Assembly (NCBI GenBank): GCA_002269645.1
Contig: NIVC01000067.1
Coordinates: 186,001-250,000, forward strand
DNA length: 64,000 nt
Direction: 5' to 3'
Source: Macrostomum lignano
Taxonomy: Eukaryota
The notes below the pieces were generated by a model. That model had not been told where the DNA came from and searched no databases. It worked only from the letters and a program-made list of their open reading frames with translations. A program made the translations under genes and the position numbers. Position 1 is the first letter of the stretch, and the number at the start of each line of letters is the position of its first letter. This document shows positions 1-10,055 of the stretch, piece by piece.

Positions 1-2802
1 AGTGGCTTAACAGCAGACTGAGCCACCAGATCGCTTAGCGTTTTTATGGGCAAATCCGTGAAGCTGATCGTCAGATGGGCCGTCAGGTCGCCTGCAAGTG
101 TAGCGAAATCAAGATCCAACCCGTGACATTTCTGAGTTCAACTTTCAGGTTTCCAAGGCCTTTAAAATAAAAATATTTGCACCCTCACCCGTGTAAGTTC
201 CATAAATGATGACGGTGAACATCCACCAGAAGGCCAGCACAGCTCTTGGAGACATGGCAAACGGATAAAAGTCCTGACCCTGCTGCATGAAGCTGCCAAC
301 TATACTCCAAATGTACTCCTGCAGCCAGATCTCATCAGCAAAGGCAAACTCCAGTCTCAGGTTGTAGGCAGTGAATGGAGAGAAATAAGCCAGCACCCAC
401 GTGACTGCGGCGGAGACAAAGATGAAAATAATGACTAGAATCCACACATCGTAATTGAACGGAGTGAAAACATTCCACAGCTTGGACTTGGGCGGAGGCC
501 GGGGCACCAGAATTCCGTACGCTTCTTGGAAAAGTGGCGTTGAGAAGTCGACTACGCCGTCGCGGGTGGTAGACTTGGTGAAGGTGGAACCTCCGATGGA
601 AACAATCTGAAGGTTGTCAAACAATATGTGATTACTAATTGTTCCATATTTATTCCAATTATGATCAACTTCGCAGGAAAATACTCACTCCTCTCTGTAC
701 TTCTCCGACGCATCCGGAGAAGTAGCTCTTTCCAGCCTGCGGCCCGCCCCACTGGCCATCGTCAGGCACCTTCACGCTGTACCTAAGATGACGATGAAGA
801 TTCAGCGAATCGTAAACATTGGTTCAGCACCACCTAAAATAGGCGACAGATCTAACGAAATCATTCACTCACCGAAAGTCCAAGCGCGCTGCAAGGATAT
901 CCAAGACATCCTTTAGCATTCCACCCACAATCACCGTCTTGTTAGGAAAGGTTTGTCGATATATTGTAAAAGGAAAAATCTGAAATTTCGAATACGAGAA
1001 ACTTTAAAATCTGCAAAGATTTGTTCAAAAACTGGATCAGAAGATAACAAATATTGACCAACTTCAGTGCTACAGATACGAATAGTTTCGTTCTTGAACC
1101 CCAGGAATGTGTTTGGGAACACGAGGCTCACGCCCTTCTCTCTGAACAAAACGCTTAGCGCTCCACTCTTGGTGTTGTACATTCCCGACTGAATGAACTG
1201 AATAGGTGATGACAGTTTCTGGTTGAAGCTTCCCACCACTTCGATGCCCTGCGAGTCGAAGTGACCGGTGGTCGAGTTGAACGAGATCACTCCTCGGTTC
1301 GAGTTGTAGCCGGACATCTGTTATTACATTTCAGTGGTCAGGAGAGTAAGTCTGCATTCGATAGTAGGCGTAAAAAGCAACTCCGATTTTTAAAGCACTC
1401 AACTCACGCTTGTCAGCTTCGAATAGACGGACGGCCCCGAGCTCCACACCTGCAGAGGATTGCAGGCAGCGTTGCTGACATTGAACGTCGACTCAGTGAC
1501 CGCATCGTTCAGTGCCTTCGCCAGAGCCTCGACTGCATCAACGAATCGAGTGTCCAGTGTCTGCAATTGTCAGAATTTTCAGAATTTCAGCGTTGCAGTT
1601 TTCACATCGACCATTTTCATAGCTTGCAGCTATGCTCAACCGTTTCACTGCTCACTCGGATCCAGTCTGTGTCGCAGCTGTCGAATACGTCTCGCACAGG
1701 AGCGGAACATGATCCGGGAACGTTGATTCCGGTTGTGCCTCCTCTGACGAGAGCGACATTCGAGTTCGAGATGATGTGGTGTCTTATCTGTCCTTTTGCG
1801 ATTCCCGTATCGATGATGAGCCAAAAGTAGTTCTGCTGCATCACCAGTGACGCGTTTGCGTGATCAAGAATTGCGAAGACGTTAGCTGGTTCGGCCAGCA
1901 CCAACATGTGGAACACCTTCTTCTTCAGAAGTCGAGTCATGTGAGCGTTGAGGTCCGTGACCAGAGCTCCGCTATTTGTGTCCACTTGGAATGTGAGCGA
2001 GCTGATTCCGTGTTTCGTAAACGAGTTTTGCAAGTCTTGCAACACCATGATACCTGAAAATCAGTTTAGTGAGCTTATATGAATATGAGCTATGTCAGAT
2101 AATTGAGTATCTGATTCTCATCATTGACTGAATCACTGACTCTGCTTGCTGTCAAAGAATATGACGACCTCGGATGCAGACGTCGCAGCCATTGTCTTCA
2201 CTGCAGCATTGACCATGTGTAAGGGATCGTGCATTCCGAAGACACTGTAGTCTGAAGTGAACCCGACTTTCATTGGGTTTCGAATCGCATTCGTGATTTT
2301 TGAGATCAAGTACTCCTAGGCTAAGGACTGCACAGACTTACCCGTTGACGAATATTGTTCTTTGCAGATGCCAGATGGAAGCGAGATGAGTGGCAGCTGC
2401 ATCGTCTTTGTGGCTGCCGAAATCTGCATCAGTGTACTGCACTGACCGACGGCAATCACGCCTGATAGTCCAGTCTGCTCACACACTGTGGGTGGGCCAT
2501 GCAGTTGGACAGGCAACAGTCAGACAGTAAAGACACACAATACAAGGCAGACTGGCTCACTTACTTGACTTGACGATTTGAGTAGCACTGCAGGAAGTGG
2601 CGTTGATCTCGACAAAGCTGATGCTGTGACCCGCCAACACCCGCCAGTTCGAGCTGACTCGGTGGCTGAACGCGTTGACAACGAGAGAGCGATTCACGGC
2701 GCCGTTCTCGACGACCACGGCCACTTTGAAGTTCAAGGACAGCGAATGTGTAGCATATTGCAGCAGGATAAAGTGCAGAAGAAATCGCATTGCTCGATGC
2801 AT
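1..2802 (-). CDS. iGluR-family receptor, copy A (3' end truncated by the window edge)
   Basis: Exons on the minus strand with GT-AG ends and continuous phase: 2790(or 2802)-2565, 2485-2342, 2251-2141, 2053-1656, 1560-1408, 1317-1063, 979-873, 782-689, 606-189, 91-<1. Encodes signal peptide MRFLLHFILLQYATHSLS, ATD, S1 (PDDGQWG; FTKSTTRDGVVDFS), M1, pore loop WSIVGSFMQQG and M3 (TYTGDLTAHL). No stops or frameshifts in the visible exons. Confidence 0.9.
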
Positions 2803-2870
2803 TTCACGGCTTTGGGTGAGGCACAGCTACAATCTGACTTTCTATTTACTTTCCAGAGAATCCCTTGCAG

Positions 2871-2982
2871 CTTTTATAGTGCTCTTCTTTCTCTTCTCCA
2901 CCAATAAGGAACTGGCATTCGTTGACAAGCTCTCAGATATCTGATCAGCTACTGCTTTCCTTCTCATCTGTTCAAGCGGAAC
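2871..2982 (-). promoter_or_regulatory. Putative core promoter of iGluR copy A (TATA plus CCAAT-type box)
   Basis: On the minus strand, ACTATAAAAG lies at 2880-2871, about 80 nt before the ATG, preceded by TTATTGGTGG. The same blocks occur in the same order upstream of copy B. Confidence 0.55.
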
Positions 2983-4354
2983 GCAACAATTGGACTGTCT
3001 CTTTGACTTCCGATTGATTTTCTTTAAGCCTTCGTACTCACTATTGACTTTCTCTTTCTCTTTCTCTCTGGCTTTCTCTTAACTCGTGAGCTCCTTTCTA
3101 GACCGCGCTTGCCGGCAAAGATACTCTGTCGAACCGCTCCGGATCGTTACGCCGGCAAGGTTATTGCGATCGGGCAGGGAAAGTAAAGAAATGGGCCGGG
3201 GCAGAATCAATGCGCTTCAAAGCGCGGCATATGGCTGAAATAGATGGTAATGCGGCCGGGAGTTGAATCAAAGGCGGTGAGCGGAGAGAAGAAGAGAAGA
3301 AGAGAGAAGATCTGAAATACAGTTTTACTTATGGTCAGTCCTACCCCACTGAAGCCGGTTGGTGGGTAGCTGGCCGGCCGGCCGGTAACCCCGATCGGAC
3401 TGGACCCACGGCGCGCTCTCAGGCCTGGCCTTGCAAGCCGTGCCACATGCCCCAGGTCGTGCGCCATAGAGTTGAACTGGTCGGCGTGGTCGATGGACTG
3501 CCACAGTGATGGCTCGGCTTATATACTTTAACTGGCTCCGGAGTTGGAAGCGGAGCTGGATCTTGGACCGCTTGTTGCTTTTGGATGTCTACGTCTGGGT
3601 CCAGGCTCGGTTGACCTCGATGGCTCGGAGCTCGGTCGGAATGCAGTTGGTACAAGCGTACAAGCCACTGCTGATTCCAGGTCCTTGCCGCTGGTCTGAG
3701 TAAGCCGCCGTCTGCTTCTGCCTTTCCTGGATCCGATGGGCGATATCAATGTCGATGTCGACAATGATTCTTTAGTGTATTTGGCAGGTGCTGTTTTTTT
3801 TCCTGACGTGCGCCTTCCTTTTTCGCTGCACATTTCATTCTGGCCGCTCTTTCACATCCACACCCCAAGTCTCCGTCCCGTCTCTTCGCGTCAATGTATC
3901 CTGCTAATCAATAACAATATATAAACCATAGTCGCTTGCCATTTCGTATCAAGTGTTATTGGGTTCTGCAATCTAAACTGAAGTCTTTAAAGTGGCTACG
4001 AGTCGTGAGCATGTTGCGAAAAATGGCAGCAGCATCAAGCCAGATTGGAGCAGCTCTTCCAGGCGAATGACACCAAACCTGAAAGCAGAATGCGGTTCAT
4101 CTAAGCGTCTGCGACAGGAAGACCTACCAGCTGATCGCCAGCCAAGTCTGACTACGCTACGATCTGCAAAATTTGAAAAAAATCTTTTTGATTCCGCAAC
4201 GTCCGGGATCTTGCTCGGGGACGTTGGTTTTACAGCTGCGGCCGCGTCAGCCGGGCGAACCTATCGCCGACTTTCCTGCGGAGATGCGCATCAGTTCTCT
4301 TTCCGTCGTTTCGCGTTTATGAAATTTAGCGCTTATGAAAGTACATGTAGGTGA

Positions 4355-4475
4355 TCTAGCGATTGTGAAGTTTCGCGGTTGTGAAGTTTTGCGGTTGTGT
4401 AGTTTCGCGGTTGTGAAGTTTCGCGGTTGTGAAGTTTCACGGTTGTGAAGTTTCGCGGTTGTGAAGTTTCACGTT
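4355..4475. repeat. 16-bp tandem repeat (GTTGTGAAGTTTCGCG), about 6-7 copies
   Basis: Direct reading of the array between copies A and B. Confidence 0.85.
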
Positions 4476-5455
4476 TATGAAAGCAAACGCTTTTAGCGGT
4501 TCTGAAATTTCGCGTTTGTGAAACCCACCCGACGTGCGACCGGGCTTGCACTTACCCCAGTTTTTCATTGGCCGTTGGTTCCCGAAGAACCACGAGATAT
4601 CGTCGGGAACCTAGTGGTTGTTTGATCCCTGCGTGCCTAAAAGCACCGCTTCGATACTATTACTACGAACAACTAAATCTAGCAGTAAGTAGTACTGTAA
4701 GTAGTCTTGTAGCTGCAATCCGATGTAGGAGTGAAGCGAAATAGTGAGGAATAAAAATCTGGGTTATTGCACCTTGGGTAGAGTAGGATATTCTATGGAA
4801 GAGCGGCCAATACGGTATGGCTTACGCAAGGCACCTTCAACGCCTCCCGAAATGCCCATAAAACTTGTCTAGTTGTCACTTCTCGTGTCATAATTAGCTT
4901 GACTTTAAATCAATAAAAATCCCTAACCAGCTTCTGAATGCTTTTTTCATTTTTCACTGCATTTCAGGCCTTTATTTTTCCAAAACATATTGACCACTCG
5001 AACCCGTCCATTTGTACACGATTTAAGTTTAGTCTATTTGGATGCGAAATAAAAGTTGTTTTTGTACTTTTAAATCCCTCTGTTTTCGAATTCGCTTCAT
5101 TGCTCTCAATTCGGGTATGCTGCTGGTGATGGACTTCAGCATTTCCAGCATTGTTATAATTCTATGTTAATATTGAGCTCTAGCATTTCTTAAATTACGG
5201 GATGGCCGCTGAATCAAAATAGAGCAGTTTAGCAAAAGAAGTTTTTAATAGCCAATTAGAAAAACCCGACCACTAACAATAGAAATCTGAGTGGCTAAAC
5301 ACCTTTTTTTTACTGATTAAATACGATACCTAAGACAAATATTTTTTGTGAAACACACACCTTGGCTACAGTGCGTGTGCGTGTCCTCCATTGCGCATTT
5401 ACGTCGTAGGTAGTGGGTCAATAGCGAGTACGAAGGAAACTCAAGAGACGCGCAC

Positions 5456-5580
5456 GTTCCGCTTGACCAGCTACAAATGAAAACAGTAGCTGATCAGATT
5501 TCTGAGAGCATCCCTACAAATGCCGCTGCGTTATTGGTGGGGCAAAGATGGAATAAAACTATAAAAGTAGCGAGAGATTC
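5456..5580 (+). promoter_or_regulatory. Putative core promoter of iGluR copy B
   Basis: GTTCCGCTTGA (5456), CAGTAGCTGATCAGATTTCTGAGAGC, TTATTGGTGG and TATAAAA (5560-5566) are collinear with the reverse complement of the region upstream of copy A. Confidence 0.55.
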
Positions 5581-8500
5581 ACTTCCTGCAGTGCTACTCA
5601 AATCGTCAAGTCAAGTAAGTGAGCCAGTCTGCCTTGTATTATGTGTCTTTACTGTCTGACTGTTACCTGTCCAACTGCATGGCCCACCCACAGTGTGTGA
5701 GCAGACTGGACTATCAGGCGTGATTGCCGTCGGTCAGTGCAGTACACTGATGCAGATTTCGGCAGCCACAAAGACGATGCAGCTGCCACTCATCTCGCTT
5801 CCATCTGGCATCTGCAAAGAACAATATTCGTCAACGGGTAAGTCTGTGCAGTCCTTAGCCTAGGAGTACTTGATCTCAAAAATCACGAATGCGATTCGAA
5901 TCCCAATGAAAATCGGGTTCACTTCAGACTACAGTGTCTTCGGAATGCACGAACCCTTACACATGGTCAATGCTGCAGTGAAGACAATGGCTGCGAAGTC
6001 TGCATCCGAGGTCGTCATATTCTTTGACAGCAAGCAGAGTGAGTACTCAATGATGAGAATCAGATCTCAATTATCTGACATAGCTCATATTCATATAAGC
6101 TCACTAAACTGATTTTCAGGTATCATGGTGTTGCAGGACTTGCAAAACTCGTTTACGAAACACGGAATCAGCTCGCTCACATTCCAAGTGGACACAAATA
6201 GCGGAGCTCTGGTCACCGACCTCAACGCTCACATGACTCGACTTCTGAAGAAGAAGGTGTTCCACATGTTGGTGCTGGCCGAACCAGCTAACGTCTTCGC
6301 AATTCTTGATCACGCAAACGCGTCACTGGTGATGCAGCAGAACTACTTTTGGCTCATCATCGATACGGGAATCGCAAAAGGACAGATAAGACACCACATC
6401 ATCTCGAACTCGAATGTCGCTCTCGTCAGAGGAGGCACAACGGGAATCAACGTTCCCGGATCGTGTTCCGCTCCTGTGCGAGACGTGTTCGACAGCTGCG
6501 ACACAGACTGGATCCGAGTGAGCAGTGAAACGGTTGAGCATAGCTGCGAGCTATGAAAATGGTCGATGTGAAAACTGCAACGCTGAAATTCTGAAAATTC
6601 TGACAATTGCAGACACTGGACACTCGATTCGTTGATGCAGTCGAGGCTCTGGCGAAGGCACTGAACGATGCGGTCACTGAGTCGACGTTCAATGTCAGCA
6701 ACGCTGCCTGCAATCCTCTGCAGGTGTGGAGCTCGGGGCCGTCCGTCTATTCGAAGCTGACAAGCGTGAGTTGAGTGCTTTAAAAATCGGAGTTGCTTTT
6801 TACGCCTACTATCGAATGCAGACTTACTCTCCTGACCACTGAAATGTAATAACAGATGTCCGGCTACAACTCGAACCGAGGAGTGATCTCGTTCAACTCG
6901 ACCACCGGTCACTTCGACTCGCAGGGCATCGAAGTGGTGGGAAGCTTCAACCAGAAACTGTCATCACCTATTCAGTTCATTCAGTCGGGAATGTACAACA
7001 CCAAGAGTGGAGCGCTAAGCGTTTTGTTCAGAGAGAAGGGCGTGAGCCTCGTGTTCCCAAACACATTCCTGGGGTTCAAGAATCGAACCCTGCTTGTATG
7101 CAGCCCTGATGTACGTTTTTCATACAATATTTTTGTCATATCGTTTGATAGCTGTGCAATTGAAACTATTTAAATGTTCCAAAATATAATTTCAGATTCC
7201 TCCATTTACGACATACGCATCCATCTACCCAAACAAGACTGTAACAGTCGGGGGAATGCTTCTAGATGTTATGAAAATTCTTGGCGAGAAGCTCGATTTT
7301 AGGTATGTTTTTTTCTAAAGTTCGGCAATTGTTTCGTATCATTGGCGTACCTGAATGTATCATGAAGCTTTTGCTTTTAGGTATGTTGCGAAGGCTCCAG
7401 ATGATGGTCAGTGGGGCGCCCTTCATCCGGGAAACGAGTACTTCACCGGCTGCGTTGGCGAGATTCAGAAAGGAGTAAGCGGATGTAAAACTCTGGTAGC
7501 CAGTACCTAAGCCTTCAGCTGCCAATACTTTTTAGGGTACTCGTATTATTTTGAGCGTACGTCCAAAAACGCCGGAACAGTAACAAAAATCGGAAGTTAA
7601 ATTTGATGCTAATTCCATAAATTCCAGTTGGTGGAATTCGGAGCCGGGCCATTCACAAAGACCAGCGAGCGGGAGTTTCACATCGGCTTTGGAAGAGCTC
7701 TCTTCCAAGAGGCCAACGCCATTCTGGTGCCGCGACCTCCCGCGGGTTCGAAACTGTGGAACGTCTTCACCCCATTTAACTACGATGTGTGGATTCTCAT
7801 CGTGGCATCCATTTTTGTCTCCGCCGCAGTTACCTGGGTGCTGGCCTATTTCTCTCCATTCACTGCCTACAACCTGAGACTGGAGTTCGCCATTGCTGAT
7901 GAGATCTGGCTGCAGGAGTACATTTGGAGTATAGTTGGCAGCTTCATGCAGCAGGGTCAGGACTTTTATCCGTTTGCCATGTCCTCAAGAGCTGTGCTGG
8001 CCTTCTGGTGGATGTTCACCGTGATCATTTATGGAACTTACACGGGTGAGACAGTAAAATTGAGTAGAAGCAGTAAAAGCCTATGTATTAGTCACATGCA
8101 GCCAAGATTTAATAACTGATGTGACACCTTCAGGCGATCTCACGGCCCATCTCACCATCACCGTGACCAAATTTCCTATTAAAACGTTGGACGACTTGGT
8201 GGCTCAGACGGCTCTGAAACCACTGGTCCCAGCTGGCACAAACATCTACACCCTATTGCAGTCTACGAAAACAGGCGTTTACAGACAGGTGGCTGATCAG
8301 ATGATTGACGCTGACAGCATTCCACAGTGCGCGGAACGGGTGAGTCTGTCTATTGTCTTAGACAACTTCGATAAAGTTTCTAAAGATCGATACGTTGGGC
8401 CCACTAACTGAACTAAACTGTATTAGACATACGCTCGTAGTAGAATGAATTCTACAGAAATGAATCGATACATTCCGATTACTAAACTGTGCAGGTGTTC

Positions 8501-9064
8501 ACCGAACCAGTGGCCTGCATAACCGACTACACTGTCATATTGTACACAGCCGGGGCCAACTGCAGTCAGGTGTACATGGCTGACGAGATTTTTAATACGG
8601 CCACCGTTGCTTTTGCCTATCCCAGAGACGCCTATTTTGCCGAGCTGTTCGACTTCTAGTGAGTAAAAAATTTAGCTGAGCTCCAGTTCACATTCCTGTG
8701 ATTGGGTAGCAGCTCTGAGCTGCGGCAGAAATACAGAATGAGAGTAGCTACCCATAACAACCTTACACCTCCCATATAATTTCTATTACCGTCTGGAGCT
8801 GTTTAAATTCGAACAACAATTCACAGTTTTGAGAAGATGCAAGAGAACGGCGTGATGGACAAGCTATTCAAAAAGTATTGGTCTAGCGACTCTGTCTGCA
8901 CCACGGGCTCATCAGCCAGTGCCGACCCGATCGACTTGGAGGGGGTCGGTGGCTGCTTCATTGTCTCCCTCGCCTGCTACGTCATCGGCCTGTTTATTTT
9001 AGTGTTCGAGCTGGCCTGGACGAAGGCGCTGAAGCGGACACCGGCTGACTGCCTGTTTTACTAA
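5580..9064 (+). pseudogene. iGluR-family receptor, copy B: 5'-truncated (no native ATG or signal peptide), frame intact from exon 2 to the stop
   Basis: Exon-1 remnant 5580-5614, then 5694-5837, 5928-6038, 6120-6517, 6613-6765, 6856-7110, 7196-7302, 7381-7474, 7628-8045, 8134-8339, 8495-8658, 8827-9064. Exons 2-12 have exactly the same lengths as in copy C and contain no stops. About 260 bp covering the 5' UTR and the first ~65 codons are missing relative to copy A. Pseudogene status is inferred. Confidence 0.75.
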
Positions 9065-9129
9065 ACCGATTTAAAGACTTTGATGAATACCATGGCAGCT
9101 ATAATACTGCCCAGAGTATTTTTTATGAT

Positions 9130-9435
9130 TGGTTGCTAGAATAACTCGAGATGAAAGACAAACTATATGCTGCGCTATTGAAACGATGAAAAACGAAAAG
9201 GGGCTCTTGAGCGAGATGCTCTGGGTCGATATATTTAATGAGCTGAGTGAAAGCGTACAATACACGTGAGCGTAATGTGGGGTGGGGCGATCAGTGAAGA
9301 ATGAAAGTGGTGCGATCAATAATTAGGGACTGTACGTATGAGCAAAATAAATATGTTAGCCTAATTGAACGTACATGTAGCTATTGCAAACGAAAAGTTT
9401 AAGAAATACCACGAGACAGTGGCAGCTCCAGAACA
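9130..9435 (-). repeat. 3' LTR of the BEL/Pao element
   Basis: 306 bp, TGTTCTGGAG...CTAGCAACCA on the minus strand; no difference from 15654-15959 seen by eye. Confidence 0.95.
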
Positions 9436-9448
9436 TACCCCCCACCTT
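9436..9448 (-). other. Polypurine tract of the BEL/Pao element
   Basis: AAGGTGGGGGG followed by TA, immediately before the 3' LTR on the minus strand. Confidence 0.8.
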
Positions 9449-10055
9449 GACATGTCTATGGCAAAAACAAAATAATGATGCAAAAATGTAATTTTGAAAA
9501 TGAGTGGCAGTGGAAGCAAAACCTATGAGATAAAGATGCAGAAAAAGTTATAACGCAGAACTTACGCAATTCGTACTTGTACAAAACTTGACTAAACAAA
9601 ATTGTCTTGGTGGGCTCTGTTACAGTAACGAAAAATGTAGAAAAAAAAGAAACGCGCTTGAGTTCGAAAACATAAACTGCAGTTGTAGCATTTCACGAAA
9701 AAAGATTTTAAGACGATCAACCCATTACCAGAGAGTGATGTGATTACAAGACAAAGGACAACGTGAAATCGCGATGCAACATGGTTAAATTTGGATTACG
9801 ATATAAATAATAATCGATTCAAAAAATTAACAACCTAAATTACGAAGGCAAACACCAAACTCAAAATTTAAACATGACTGAAATAAACGTATTTGACAAA
9901 CAAACAAAATAAAACTAAGTAATCATTCGCATACCGAAAAAAACACTGTCTAGAAAGCGACAAAAATGATAATGACAAAATGACGAAAACGAAAATACGA
10001 ATCGACACAGGGATTAACAGTTACAGTCCATCGATCAGTGAGTCATAGTCAGCCT

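Noticed and set aside
1261-1830. 189-aa ORF repeated three times (also 6343-6912 and 20653-21222)
   Set aside because: Antisense to iGluR exons 4-6 and running through their introns; its conservation only reflects the near-identical DNA.
3200-3835. GC-rich, coding-looking stretch between copies A and B (one frame gives IQERQKQTAAYSDQR, faintly like a Gypsy integrase tail)
   Set aside because: No catalytic motif, LTR, TIR or splice structure supports it; a translated search against Repbase/Dfam would be needed.
5477-5659. ATG at 5477 as a replacement start for copy B
   Set aside because: It lies upstream of the TATA box, reaches the exon-1 donor in phase 0 (exon 2 needs phase 1) and encodes no signal peptide.
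9449-10055. Possible env or accessory ORF between the integrase and the 3' LTR
   Set aside because: About 600 nt of low-complexity A/T-rich sequence with no substantial ORF on either strand.
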